Assembly (NCBI GenBank): GCA_964016885.1
Contig: OZ024750.1
Span: forward strand, 7,874,001 to 7,938,000
DNA from: Eledone cirrhosa
Taxonomy: Eukaryota
Reading direction: 5' to 3'
DNA length: 64,000 nucleotides
Part shown: positions 1 through 12,932 of the stretch, piece by piece
Layout of the letters: every line of letters starts with the position of its first letter
How positions within the stretch are numbered: position 1 is the first letter of the stretch
Position numbers and translations under genes: made by a program
The notes under the pieces: generated by a model
What the model was told of the DNA's origin: nothing
Databases searched by the model: none
What the model saw: the letters and a program-made list of their open reading frames with translations, nothing else

Positions 1-1332
1 GTCGGTTATATAAACTTCATGAGATATACACAGTCAACAAATATTAGATACATAGACAAAATATTGTCTATTGAAAGCAAATTACGTAAGCTTCCACTAT
101 GCTGTTTCTCTTTAAGAGGTCAGAGTTAATAGCAGAAGGCTTTTGCTATCATATTTACAATTCCAGGTGCCGATGTATATGGGTCTCTACGTGTTTGCTA
201 AACTTGTTAGAAATAGCAGTTATCCATTTAAATATTTCTTAGATGTGCTTCATAATTATAATGTTAAAATTTCACCAATAATTTCAGACTGCGTTTTCAA
301 TAAGCAATCATAAAGAACTCGTAGGCAGATAAAGTTTGAAAATGTTCGTTGAACATTAAACTATGATATTAAAACATAAAAAATACCTATTTTAAAGAGT
401 TGCAATTAGATCGATAGATATGTATATATTTTCTTTAAAGAGTACCGCTATGAAAATGACAGGAACGAAATGGTAGCTGGAAAATATATAAAAGCTTTTC
501 TATGGAAGAGCTGAATACAAGAAACAAGATATATTTAAAGAGAAGTACTGCAATAGCTGACAGAAAGCTGTAAATGTTATGAAATACGAGTGCAATAAGC
601 AGATATATACCGGTCACATGTCATCCAGAAATCCATGAAATCTATAATTGAAGAGAAAATATAAAATGTAAAAAGAACGAAACAAAGCAAGCAGAGACAA
701 AAAGAAAATCATGAAATATAATTAGAAGTTGGAAAAAAAAGAAAACAATGTAAAAGAAAGTCACAGGAGAAAACACGAAGAGAAAATACAGTAAGTTGTG
801 ACAACAACTGAATGAAACAAAGAAGAGTTGAATTGCTGAACGAAACATTTACAAATTAAAATTACTACACTGCTTCCTGAATTACACGAATCTTGTCTAA
901 ATCGACGGAATAATTATACATTTCAAAAGAAAAAAAAATCAATGTAGAATCAAAAGATTAGCCGCTCTTGTAATCATATATCTGTCAGTCACTCGGGGAT
1001 ATGATGTTCAAATTTCATTCTGTACAAAGTTTTCATCTAATCTGCTGAGAATAAAGAATAAAACAGCATGTTTTTCCTCAAAGTCATTGTATTGGTTGAA
1101 TGCTCTTATAACAGTAGTTTCCAGATCATTTGGACTTCATTCTATCTTTATCCAAATTAAGGCGTTACTGTTTCATGACAAAATAAGTATTGTAATTATT
1201 TTATGATATAGATTACATCCTCTCTCAAATAAATGAACTTATTGATCTCCTTTTATTCAGGAATGTGGTGGATTTGCTCTGTTGAGTATATAAAATAAAG
1301 GTGCTTTTCACATTATAATTAACTATCGTAAT

Positions 1333-1536
1333 GGCGCTGGATTAACAGTTTCGATAGAGAGTCTGGCAATATGCTGCGCAGCATTGTTACGTCTCTTTAC
1401 GTTCTGTGTTCAAGGTTAGCTTAGCCTTTCATCCTTACAGAGTTGATAAAACGAAGTACTTGTGACGCACTGGGGTTGATTTAATCGAATTTCCCTTCAA
1501 ATTTTTGACCTTGTGCCAAACGTGGGAACAATTATT
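1333..1536 (+). mobile_element. MetaSINE-like tRNA-derived SINE, degenerate copy
   Basis: Diverged match to the window's main SINE (GCCTTTCATCCTTAC..GATAAAA core, CCTTGTGCC tail). Confidence 0.75.
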
Positions 1537-1568
1537 TAATTGATTTAACTGGTACCTTAAAATAATAT

Positions 1569-1753
1569 AATTGTTTTTACTTTTCGCACAAGGCTAGCAT
1601 TTACCCAGTACATTACTGGTACTTTATTTTATCGACCCCGTAAGGATGAAAGACAAAGTTAACCTCGACGGGATTTAAACTCAGACTGTAAAGGGACGTA
1701 ACTATGCTGGAAAGCATGGCGCCCGACCCTCTACCGATACTGCCAATTCACCA
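1569..1753 (-). mobile_element. MetaSINE-like SINE, full length
   Basis: Reverse complement has an A-box-like TGGCAGTATCGG, a B-box-like GAGTTTAAATCCC and the core CTTTCATCCTTACGGGGTCGATAAAATAAAGTACCAG. Confidence 0.88.
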
Positions 1754-2405
1754 ATAAAAGCCAAATGGCTTCATGCCTCGTCTAAATGAATTTATGTTTG
1801 TATTATTAATAATATGCTTATGTATTTGAAGCTGCAATACCATTAGTATGCCACTGAAACACATGCTCTACTACAGCTCCGATAACACATTCTAAAAAAA
1901 TAATAAACTAAAATGTAATTGTCTTGACTTGAATATCAAATAGCTATGGCGTCACAAACATATTTCCAGACGTTCAGCAGCTCCCTGCTTCAGTGGTTTT
2001 CACATAAACAAGTAATTTATCTGAGAGTGTAGTTGTTTATCACACACTTTTCATTGCTGTTTCATTTACTTCAGTGCTGGATTCTCTCATAAACCAATCC
2101 ATCATAATAAACTTTCGGTCACATACTTAAGCAGGTGATACAAACGATAACTACATTTGTGTATGTATACTGGTATGGGACTGAGCAATATTCTAAAGGT
2201 ACATAGAAGTGAAGGGAACATGCTTTATTGTCTCCATAAGTTAATAGCTACAGAAAAGAAAATGTTCTTGTTGGTGAAACATACATTATCTATAAAGAAA
2301 ATACCAAGATAAAAGGATTTGAATTTAATTATGTATGCTGTAACATCTTTCAAAATAGTTTATATACTTACCATAATAAATAATCATTTATGTACTAAAA
2401 TCATA

Positions 2406-2590
2406 ATTGTTTCTACTAGTAGCACAAGGCCAGCAATAATCCAGTACATTACTGGTACTTTATTTTATCGACCCCGTAAGGATGAAAGGCAAAGTTAACC
2501 TCGGTGGAATTTGAACTCAGAACGTAAAGAGGTGAACCAAATATTGCAGAGCATTTGTGCGACGCTCTAACAATTCTGCTAATACAGTGC
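2406..2590 (-). mobile_element. MetaSINE-like SINE
   Basis: Same core and 3' tail as the other copies; head diverged. Confidence 0.82.
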
Positions 2591-3327
2591 ACATACCATT
2601 ATAATTACAACAGCAGTAAGAATATGTTGCTTTGTGTATTTGGGAGAAAATTTATAAGAAATTTTGAAATTCATGTTTGTTTGTTTATTTTAAGGTTATG
2701 AGTCGATACAAATATAAAAACTCGACCTGACCTATTTCAATAAAGTACAGAATCAGTGTTTATACAGAAACAGTAGAATCGATTTTAAAATGACACTACT
2801 GTACAGTTGAATTATATACAATATTACTGTATATATTAATGCTGAAGAAATTTACATTAGAGTCGACCTTGGCTGTATCTCATAAATATGGTAATATTTA
2901 TTTACTAGCTAGTGTTTCCGAGTACCAAAGGATGAAACAAAATATCCGCATCTATTTAAAAATGATGGTATTCCGCTATCTTATTCTTCTCATGTTTTGA
3001 TAAAGCCCAAATGCCCGAATTTGAAAATCACCTTTGTGGAGTTAAAGATTCGTAAACAGTGACTTGTATTATACGGTATCTATTACTAGAGCATCTATTT
3101 AACTCTTGCTGATCCGTTGATCTAGTTACTATTAGGTATTCCTATATGGAATCGCTCATCACTGTAAACGTAATAACTTTGAGAAACTTTGAGAAATTAT
3201 ATTTATAATTTTAACTGTTGGTCAATCAATGATAAACATTGATTGCCAGCTAAACTATTTATAAACATATAAATATATACTGAACTGGAGTGAAAACCAA
3301 ACCAAACAGCGTGTTTTATTATTTACA

Positions 3328-3740
3328 TCCTGAGTTCAAATCCCACTGAGGTTAGCTTTGCCTTTCATCCTTACGGGGTCGATAAAATAAAGTACCAGTC
3401 ACGCAATAGGGTCGATTTAATCAACTTTCCCCTCCAACCAAAATTTATTGGCCTTGAAACCATTATTATTTAGGCGGAACATTTATTGGCCTTGAAACCA
3501 TTATTACTTTGGCGGAACATTTATTGGCCTTGAAACCATTATTATTTTGGCGGTGAATTGGCAGTATCGGTAGAGGGTTGGACACAATGCTTTCTAGCAT
3601 ATTTACGTCCCTTTACAGTCTGAGTTCAAATCCCGCCGAGGTTAACTTTGTCTTTCATCCTTACGGGGGCGATAAAATAAAGTACCAGTAATGTACTGGG
3701 TAATTGCTGGCCTTGTGCCTAAAGTAGAAACAATTATTAT
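3328..3740 (+). mobile_element. Two tandem MetaSINE-like copies joined by a ~38 bp unit repeated 3 times
   Basis: Partial copy 3328-3470, then ATTTATTGGCCTTGAAACCATTATT..GGCGG repeated over 3444-3555, then a full copy 3550-3740. Confidence 0.85.
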
Positions 3741-4839
3741 TTTGGGACATATTAGGATAACATGACCCTCCCCAAATATATTAGCTTTCATTACTAAATT
3801 CGTATCTTTCTTTTGTCAATAAACCTGTAAGAAGGGAAACAACATACGTAGAATTGGTTTTATTTCTATCATTACCGTGTTTGAGTGAACCCAAAAGGAG
3901 GTAGAAACAATTGCAATATAATAAGATATTTGGATTTAATGGCCCACGTTCCTGCTAACGTATTCACTTTAATTATGTCACGACTCGCTTCAGAATGAAT
4001 GCAAAATTAAGGTTTCCGCTTGACAGGGGAGAGAGAATGGTGAATTAACAACATTCCTGTTCAGCTTTGGTACGTCCAATCGAAAGAGATCCATTATTAG
4101 ATCGGGTCAGGGAACGGAATGGGAGCTTACATGTGATACTGAAATTCGAGCATATGGCACCATTGGACTAATTATAACCAATCTCATTTAATTAAACATA
4201 AGACAACTAAAAGTTTTAATCAATTGAAATGATTATAAGCGTATAGTGATGTTAAATTAAAATCGATAATAGCGAGATTTGAACTTGGAATTAAAATGTA
4301 TGTAACTAAATACAGTAATGCATATAGCCAAGCCTTTTATTGTCTTTGACATCACCATAAAAGTACGAAGACATTTCTCATTAAAAATGCAAGGTACTGC
4401 ATATAAATTGCTAATTTAACATGGCTTGTAACGTTAAATGGAGAAGCAATGTCCCGTAAATAATAGGAAATATATTAAAGAAAAGAATAACAAGATACAA
4501 CAACTAAATGTGTGTATCTTAAAATATAAGACATCGAAAAACAATTAGCAATTACATTGAATTTATGTTCAAATAAGTCGGAAAAAAACACAGCTACATT
4601 AACAGCAGTAACAAAACATATATAAGGATTATGTAAATAAGAAAAATAACACGACTATTCCTACGGTTTAAATAAAGGAGCTTAAAAATAATATCCACTG
4701 GAATCCAATATAGTTTACACTTGTGAAAAACGTCTTACAAATTTTCAATATTTCTACTACAAATTGAATGTCATAAGGTAAACAACTTTGTTTTTCAATA
4801 TGCTTGAATATCTGTGAGCATTCTAATATATATATATCT

Positions 4840-5044
4840 AATGTGTTTTGTGTGTGAGTCCCGGGTTCAATCGGGGGTAACCACAGTGAGTACTCAATAC
4901 ATTAGTGGAGTGTATACAACACATTTAATATAGAAATATCTTCTATATGACTAGAACTGTTTCATTGGAAGGAAATCATTAGAAAAGCCCCCTTCGAATG
5001 AAACAGTTCTAGTCCCGTAGAATCCATTTCTATATCAAATTTGT
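4840..5044 (-). mobile_element. Hammerhead-bearing PLE-like insert (family A) with inverted end, in (TA)n
   Basis: Minus strand reads CTAATGA..GAAACAGTTCTAGTC. An inverted partial copy at 4991-5040 forms a long hairpin. Related to 29613-29746. Confidence 0.65.
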
Positions 5045-5109
5045 TATATATATATATATAAATAATAATAAAAAGTACTATTTGTTATATATATACGTAT
5101 ATATATATT

Positions 5110-5302
5110 AATAATGATTTCTACTATAGGCACAAGGCCAGCAGTTATCCCAGTGTATTACTGGTACTTTATTTTATCGACCCCGTAAGGATGAAAGGCA
5201 AAGTTAACCTCGGCGGGATTTGAACCTAGACCATAAAGGGCCGTAACTCTATGCTGCAAAGCATGGCGTCAGACCCCCTACCGATACTGCCAATCCACCG
5301 CC
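5110..5302 (-). mobile_element. MetaSINE-like SINE, full length
   Basis: Near-consensus copy from GGCGGTGGATTGGCAG to AGTAGAAATCATTATT. Confidence 0.9.
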
Positions 5303-5336
5303 ATATTATATATATTAATAATATCAGATTGATATC

Positions 5337-5371
<35 letters not shown>

Positions 5372-6669
5372 AATTAGGAAAATACCTTATCACAGGAGAG
5401 AAATATAATAAGTAAATAAAACCCGTCATATTACTGATAGCTATTTTATTGATATTCGTCGAGAAAAAACAAAGTGTTGGATGTGAACTTAAATCATCAG
5501 GGTACATAACAAAATACCCAAAGGCATTGAATCAAGTATCCTCTTATTTCTGCTAATCTTTAAAGGTATGTGAAATGGATTCAGTACTCAGCAGAACTAA
5601 TATCGATCCATCACCCCAATAGGGAAATGAAAGTAACAACTCAGTTGAGATAGCGTATAAATATTAATTTAAATCTTAATATCAAATTAATATTGATTTT
5701 TTTTTTAACTATAGAGAAGAAATGCAACCAATATTCACTAGCTGAATTGGTGCACTTGAGTTTTCTGTTTGTAACTGAAGAGTAGGTTAAACCACTTACA
5801 CCTTGGTGTGTAACGGAAAGTGTATTGACGCACACACATTTTAGTTTAGCTTTTTAACGTATTAACTCATCATACCTTAGGGGTAGTTCTTTATATCATA
5901 TTGATATAGATTGCTTTGTAATTAGACACAATGGGTAATTATATGGCAGGGATATTGTCCAATGAATTGAACACAGGATTTTGCATGGTTAAACTTAAAG
6001 TTAATACTCGCCGTTGGATTTGAAATCAGAATGGAGAAAGAAGAAAACTAAATACTTGTGCACGTCTGATCTAGCATTCTGCTGGTCCTGTCCTGATGAC
6101 AGCTTGTCTGATGCTTACATTGATTTCGTTTGACAATGAGACAAAATCAATATGTATAGTCAATTGAAATCAGCCCGGCATAACTATGGGAACTGGGAAG
6201 TTGTTTTATTATAGGGTCCAGTCGACCAAAATTTTGTCGATGAAATTAAGTCAACAGAAACTGTTCGGAAGCATGTTGAATGACCCTGTAAAAAAACACA
6301 CACACATACACGCACGCACGCACGCACGCACGCACGGTAATTACTATAATACACCCTGTCTAGCTCTACACCTCGTTTAGTGAACCTAAACATCGAGTGC
6401 TCACCCGAGTGAACCTACAGTAACTCTTAGTTACTCTCCCTGGATATACATATAAATATATATATATACATGGGGAGGGTCATATTTGTGTAATATTGCC
6501 AGAATTAATAACAGAACACACTCACTGTTTGGTTGGTTTTCGCTTTTCGCTTCTGTGTCTTTTATATCGGTAATTTAACTTATTCGGTCCTCAATGTTGC
6601 CATTGACTGACCAACGGTCAAAAATACAGATACAATATAGACACAAACACATATATATAGTTTATCAAA

Positions 6670-6706
6670 GTTCTTTCGTTGCACATCTGCAACATCGTCA
6701 GTGGTG
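6670..6706 (-). ncRNA. Hammerhead ribozyme motif, 3' half missing
   Basis: CTGACGA-T-GTTGCA-GATG-TGCAAC-GAAA with a 6 bp stem II; no stem I partner before the (TA)n. Confidence 0.5.
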
Positions 6707-7186
6707 CTATTGTTTCCTCCCGTTGCATTGTATTTTCTACGCCATCTTTATTTAGTCTGTTTATATATTTATTTATTTATTTATTCATTTATTTCGGCGC
6801 ACGATTTCATATCAAAAACCTCGCAAAACTAATATATATATATATATATATATGAGGAAGATGAAAAAACTTACCTCAACACTTAATTTTAAATCTTTAA
6901 TATTTAGTTTTTAATCCTTATTAATTCTTTTTAATTGTAATACTCAACATTTTATAACATGAATTTTACTAATATATCGAAACCGGTAATACTTTATATA
7001 CTTTATATATATTATAAAACTCTCTTTTTTAAAAGAATTATCTCTCTCATTTTTTCAATAATACCACTGTGACGAAAGGAAAACAGACCCTTAAATATAT
7101 TCTCAGTGCTATTTCCAATTTCACCTTTTCTCTATAACCACTGTTTTGTATAGAAACTTACTTCCCTTTTCAAAAATATATATATA

Positions 7187-7214
7187 CTAGCAGCTGAGCC
7201 CGGTTGCACCCGGG
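7187..7214 (+). mobile_element. Possible Helitron/Helentron-type non-autonomous element terminus
   Basis: ACTAGCAGCTGAGCCCGGTTGCACCCGGG: ACTAG start followed by a GC-rich hairpin. The other end was not found. Confidence 0.3.
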
Positions 7215-7294
7215 GCCACTTTTTATTAAGTTAATAATTTGAAAAATATTATTGAAAGTTTATTATAAAGAAGCAGTTTCATAATCCTTTATTT

Positions 7295-7350
7295 ACTGCT
7301 ATATATATTTCGATGATAACCATTGAATGGCTATGACCTCATCAGGCAGT
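7295..7350 (-). ncRNA. Type I hammerhead ribozyme, apparently intact
   Basis: ACTGC-CTGATGA-GGTCATAGCCATTCAATGGTTATCATC-GAAAT-ATAT-ATA-GCAGT. Stem I 5 bp, stem II ~11 bp, 2 bp stem III with palindromic loop, AUA cleavage triplet. Confidence 0.8.
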
Positions 7351-7966
7351 TAGTCAGTTCTTAGATATGCCAGCTCTGTGTTTTTAGTGTTGATGGTATC
7401 AGAGCCTTGGGACAATTAATATATTAGTGGATTAATATATCTCTATCTTAAATGTATAATAAGAGAAGCGAGTATTTTAATGATTTGATGACTTAGCTAA
7501 ATTGCTTAATTCATAATTCATATTAATAATTAATCTGCAACAAAATTTAACACGTGAACATACAGTTTTCTATTGCTATCATCCTCGTCCTTCTTTTTCT
7601 TTTTCTTCTTCGTCTTCTTAATATTATTATTACTAGGAAATCTGCGTCAGCGAATCTTATCTGCTGGGTTTTTTTTATGCCAATTTCCTGGCAGTTATCT
7701 CTGCTAATTCCAATCACCACCCATTTTTATTTAGTAGTTTTCGGATGAAAGAGAAAAATCTTAAACAAAATAATTTTCTGAGAGGTGCCGGCTATCTTAA
7801 CCGAAGACAGCATTCCGCAAAAGTCAATTAAATGGAGATTATTATTCTTGGATATGCTGTTAAATTAATGAACAATATCGAAAATTTATTACTCAACATT
7901 AACATACGTACTATTATATCAGTACATACAGGTATTTTATATATATATAAATGAAGTATTTCCGTC

Positions 7967-8017
<51 letters not shown>

Positions 8018-8062
8018 AAAAAAAATTTTTTTCGCTCTGCCTGGCTGAATACAATAAATGTA

Positions 8063-8242
8063 ATCTGAGTTTTCCGAGCATTAATAATAATATTCAATTC
8101 CTTTGCAATTATGCAAACAAGCCGCATTTTTTTAAAGAGCAAGAATGAGGGGCTCATTCTACTGACATGGCTTTAAAAATGTGACTTGTTTGCATAATTG
8201 CAAACGAATCGAATATTATCATCAATATTCGAAACACTCAGA

Positions 8243-8243
<1 letters not shown>
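8063..8243. repeat. Long imperfect inverted repeat (MITE-like or fold-back)
   Basis: Arms of ~73 bp (8063-8136 and 8171-8243) share TTTGCAATTATGCAAACAAG / CTTGTTTGCATAATTGCAAA. Confidence 0.8.
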
Positions 8244-8292
<49 letters not shown>

Positions 8293-8293
<1 letters not shown>

Positions 8294-8530
8294 GTGGGTA
8301 GAGTGTTGAGCTTTTAACCGTGAGGTTGTGAGTTGGATTCTCAGAAAGGGTGATCCGTTGTGTCCTTGAGCAAGACACTTTATTTTACGTTGCTCTAGTT
8401 TAGTCAGCTGTAGAAATGAATTGTGATGTCACTGGTAGCAAGCTATATTGACCTTTGCCTTTCCCTTGGACAACATCAGTGATGTGGAGAGGAAAGACTG
8501 GTATGCATGGGCGACTGCTGGTCTTCCAGG
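8293..8530 (+). mobile_element. tRNA(Lys)-like CORE-type SINE
   Basis: Head GAGCTTTTAACCGTGAGGTTGTGAGTT, followed by CORE-like GTGTCCTTGAGCAAGACACTTTA. Confidence 0.7.
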
Positions 8531-8690
8531 CCTGTGCCACGAGTTGAAACATTCTAGCTGCAGAAACCATGGTCAATGGTTGATCGATCTTGTATTAGTA
8601 TCGTCGCACGGTGTCATGTTCAACGCTCTAGCGATTCTCCCCAATCAACTGTTCTAGACTGGTTCATTATTTATAGACTCGGAAAATAAT

Positions 8691-9094
8691 TGTTTCTACT
8701 TTAGGCACAAGGCCAGCAACTACCCAGTGCATTACTGGTACTTTATTTTATCGACCCCGTAAGGATGAAAGGCAAAGTCAACCTCGGCGGGATTTGAACT
8801 CAGATCGTAAAGGGACGTAACTATGCTAGAAAGCATGGCGTCCGACCCTCTACCGATACTGCCAATCCACCGCTCGGAAAATAATGATTTCTAGTATAGG
8901 CACAAGGCCATTAATTTGGGGGAGGGGAAAGTCGAATATATCGACCCCAGTACGTTAGTGGTGCTTTATTTTATCGACCCCATAAGGATGAAAGGCAAAG
9001 TTAATCTCGGCAGGATTTGAACTCAGATCGTAAAGGGCAGTAACTCTATGCTGCAAAGCATGGTGTCCGACCCTCTACCAATACTGCCAATCCA
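8691..9094 (-). mobile_element. Two adjacent MetaSINE-like copies (short-tail and long-tail subfamilies)
   Basis: Copy 8691-8872 is flanked by the 13 bp TSD CTCGGAAAATAAT (8678-8690, 8873-8885). Second copy spans 8886-9094. Confidence 0.9.
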
Positions 9095-10616
9095 GACTCA
9101 GAAAATAATGAAAACAAATCTGACATCAGCGGGATTTGAACTCTCACCGCAACGAGTAACCAGGAATAATTATTGAATAGGAAAAACGTAATATTAGTAA
9201 AAGATTAATGGTTCTTTATTATTATTTTGGAAATTTCATGATACAATTCATGGCATGCTTTAGTGTTATTATAATTTCATTGTAGAGAAATAGATCTCCG
9301 CATACTTACTGAAGAATTGATGAGAAAATCATTTAGTAAATATACAAGACTGTACAAAGACTATTGTAAGAAGACTAGAATATGTAAGGAATAAGTAACT
9401 CTGACATATCATCAGTATAAACAATAATAGCAGACTGGATACATCGCCCTATTTTTCATCGGCACAACATAATACCATTAAGTTTGTTTGTTTAGAACAT
9501 AGTACAAAAATGTATTTAAGAAAGGCTACAACATCTCTGTGGCTCCAAGGTCTTGTTTTCCTAGTGTCTTTTCAAGGAGAAGATGTAGTGCTTTTATATT
9601 GATTTGGTCACGAAAGCTAATTTTCAAGAGATTTGTAAAAATGTATGACAGAATGAGCGAAACGATAATTCGAAGTGAAATAATTTAAAGAAAGAATGAG
9701 TGTATTGTTATTCTTATTTTTATTGCGATGAGCTGAAAACTGACAAAACGATGAAACAAGTTTACTGGGGTACATTGTTTTGATAACTGTCTTTATCTTT
9801 CTTGTACTTCAACTATATTATATATAATCTCGTCGTATAGTCATGTTCAGTAATTTATGTATTTAACTGGTACATAAAGAATCACAGGCAACGTGAACAT
9901 CAGTTTCGCAAAGGCATGTAACTAAATGTAAAGTACAGGGCCCTTTATTCTAAGACTCCGACTGATGAGGGTAACTGAGGAAATTATCTTCAGATGTAAG
10001 ATCCTGTCTGAATGACTCCACTAAAGGCAACTAAGAGCTGTAGGATGGTATTAAATTAGATAATAGATTAAGACTGCCATCAACGAACAAGTGCTGTCCC
10101 TTCTATGGGTTTTCACTCAATTATGTTTTGCTAAATTTCCTTCGCGCGGATTTTGTCCCCGCTATGATAGAATAAAATCGCACAAGGGTAATACGCCTTA
10201 GTATCATATCACAAACGCCCTAGTTGCTTCATTAGGTAAGAGAAGAAAAATTGAATTTTCTAGAAGACATGAAGTAAAATGAAATGATTAATCGCGACCT
10301 ATTGACTAGCAAAAGAGGTTAGTAGATATTTTCATTCATTTCTAAGATTCTCTGAGTAACTATTGATTTTGGAAATACATTACGACTACATATAAGGTGT
10401 TCTAGTTTTTGCATAGATTTAAAGAAGAAATATATTGACAAGATATATAACTTATCGTATATTATCTTTTCACACAGAAACACCCAATTGATGAACTACT
10501 TACGCTATCTAGAATAATGAAGGCGACAACGTTAATTGACACAATAACCCTCATGCATGACTAAATATAATACTGTATTTACTGTCACAATATATAAATC
10601 TTATATGTCACTGTAA

Positions 10617-10835
10617 TAATGGTTTCTGATTTAGGCACAAGGCCAGCAATTTGGGGGGGGGGGAGAGGATGAAAGTCGATTAAATCGACACCAGTGCATA
10701 ACTGGTATTTTATTTTATCGACCCCATAATAATGAAAGGCAAATCTAACCTCGGCAGGCTTTGAACTCAGAACATAAAGGGCCGTACCTCTATGCCACTA
10801 AGCTTCTTATCCGACGCTCTACCGATTATTGCCAA
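10617..10835 (-). mobile_element. MetaSINE-like SINE, long-tail subfamily
   Basis: Core plus the GTCGATTTAATCGAC palindromic segment. Confidence 0.85.
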
Positions 10836-11115
10836 AATAAATGTAATAGTTACTTACATGTTACTCTGATTATAGTTTAACACAGGCAGACCTATGATCA
10901 AAAGCCGTCAGAATCTCTTCTTTTTCTATATTTCAAGGTACATTATCTAATGTACTCTTCCAGCTTTAATATACTTTCCCATACAGCTAGATCTGCCCTT
11001 CTTTACTCCTTCCCATTTTTCTCATTACTTAATTTTGTTTTTATGTTTCCTTTTCATATTTATGTAATTACCAATGGGTTTTTTAAGCCAAAGTTGTGAG
11101 TAAAACAGGAATATG

Positions 11116-11487
11116 AAGCTATCAGGAATTACAAAAGTTTTACTCACAAGACATGGGTCAACCTGGGCCTATGGCATATGGTATATGGGACTCGCGAAGA
11201 TGCCACCACAAAGTGGGATTAAACACCAGACCGAAGGATTGTGAAGCGGACGTCTTCAACTTTCAGCTATGCTGCGCCCACAAGCTACAAAAGCAAGGGT
11301 ATCAAGGTTTATTTGAGTTTTACTCACAAGGCATGGGCCAACCTGGGCCTATGGTATATGGTACTTGCCAAGATGCCACCATGCAGTAGGACTGAAGGCA
11401 AGACCAAAGAATTGCTTAGCGGATCTCTTAAACTTTCAGCAACGCAGCTTCCATAAGATATAAACGGAAAGCTATCAGGAATTACAC
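11116..11487 (-). mobile_element. Tandem pair (~178 bp unit) of a tRNA-derived SINE
   Basis: TTTTACTCACAAG.CATGGG.CAACCTGGGCCTATGG occurs at ~11138 and ~11318; AAGCTATCAGGAATTACA at both ends; tRNA-like head on the minus strand. Confidence 0.6.
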
Positions 11488-12087
11488 GAGATGAAATTAA
11501 TACTAAATATGACAATCTCACTAATAACAATAAAATATGTTAAGGCCATTAGTTATTTGATGTCGGCATTACTTGCCTATCAGAGAGGGAGAGTGCGTGT
11601 GTGTGTGTGTTATATTTATGAGCTTGGATGTATGAGCTTGGGTGTATGTATGTGGATTTTTCTGCATATTTATGTGTGTGTATGTGTGTTATGTTTATGA
11701 GTTTGGGTGTATGCCTGACTGTGTACTTGGGTGTGTGTATGTGGATTTTTCTGCATATTTATGTGTGTGTATGTGTGTCTGGGTATATCGCAATGACTTA
11801 CGTATATGTCTATCTGTGTGTGTATTATGTTTATGGGTTTGGATGTATGCGTGACTATGTATGCTTTGGTGTGTGTATGTGTGTTTTTCTGCATATTTAT
11901 GTGTGTGTATGATTGTGTCTCTGGGTAAGTATTTATGTCTGTTGTGTGTGTGTGTGTGTGTCTGTGTGTGTGTGTCTTTGTTGGGGTTGGAGTTATTTAT
12001 ACGTGTCTAAAATATGGGCGAGTGCATGATTTTGTCAGGTAAGTCAGTATGTATGTTGCCTATATAAACAATAGGGATATAGATAGA

Positions 12088-12185
12088 TTTCTTTATTAGC
12101 CACAAGGGCGCAACAAGAAAGGGGACAATACAAAGACATGCCGGGGATTTTACATACAGTCGTGTAAAAAATATAAAAACAAACA
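12088..12185 (-). mobile_element. 5'-truncated 3' UTR of the Tx1-like LINE
   Basis: Reverse complement matches the 3' end of 16775-17438 (TTGTGGCTAATAAAGAAAT). 15 bp TSD AGGGATATAGATAGA at 12073-12087 and 12186-12200. Confidence 0.8.
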
Positions 12186-12400
12186 AGGGATATAGATAGA
12201 TAGGTAGATGGAGAGAGAGAGAGGGGGGGGGGAGTGAGAGAGAGAGAGAGAGAGATAAAAAGAGAGAGAGAAAGAGAGATATATAGATATATATATATAT
12301 AGAGAGAGAGACAGCCAGGCAGGCAGCTAGATATGCAGACACAGAACAATTTGAAATGTAGAAATTAACAAATTCTATTTATTCACTCTTTCCAGACTAC

Positions 12401-12442
12401 GTCACAACTCCGAGTTTCACCTATGTCATTTCATCAGGCGAC
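12401..12442 (-). ncRNA. Type I hammerhead ribozyme motif (slightly decayed)
   Basis: GTCGC-CTGATGA-AATGACATAGGT-GAAACT-CGG-AGTT-GTGAC. Stem I 5 bp and stem III 3 bp; stem II weak; triplet GUU. Confidence 0.6.
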
Positions 12443-12624
12443 TTAGCAAAGTTTACTTTAATCTCATTGGTCAACAGAATATATAGTAGTTACCAGGGAA
12501 TGTAAAGACGTCTCTAATGGTACAACTTGTCTGGTTTGTCTCTTGGCAACATCAGTCTGTAGCTAGAATAAGTTTTTTTAAATTACCATTTCATGTTTTC
12601 GTGGTTTGTTGCTCATCGATTTCT

Positions 12625-12898
12625 TGTTGCTGTTGTTGTTGTCGTTGTCATTGTTGTTGCTGTTGCTCTTGTCGTTGTTGTTGTTACTGTTGTTGTCGTT
12701 GTTGTTGTCGTCGTTGTCATTGTTGTTGCTCTTGTTGTTGTTACTGTTGTTGTCATTGTTGTTGCTCTTGTCGTTGTTGTTGTCGTCGTTGTCATTGTTG
12801 TTGCTGTTGCTCTTGTTGTTGTTACTGTTGTTGTCATTGTTGTTGCTGTTAATGTTGTCATTGCTGCACGTTATTGTTGCTGTCGTTGTTTTTGCTGC

Positions 12899-12932
<34 letters not shown>

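Noticed and set aside
3444-3555. CRISPR-like 38 bp repeats
   Set aside because: Contiguous tandem copies of a SINE tail/head junction; no spacers or cas genes, and the context is eukaryotic.
4045-4138. Terminal exon ITCKLPF..EQECC* on the minus strand (also a candidate at ~18379-18439)
   Set aside because: Weak polypyrimidine tracts, short frames and no recognisable homology; within chance expectation.
6853-7180. PLE 3' end with GAAACCGGTA hammerhead half
   Set aside because: TA-flanked and suggestive, but no CUGANGA box or stem pairing could be found.
9955-9995. Hammerhead at CTGATGAGGGTAACTGAGGAAA (also CTGATGA at ~6092, ~22075, ~47830, ~53342)
   Set aside because: No stem I/II pairing or no GAAA in register; likely chance heptamers.
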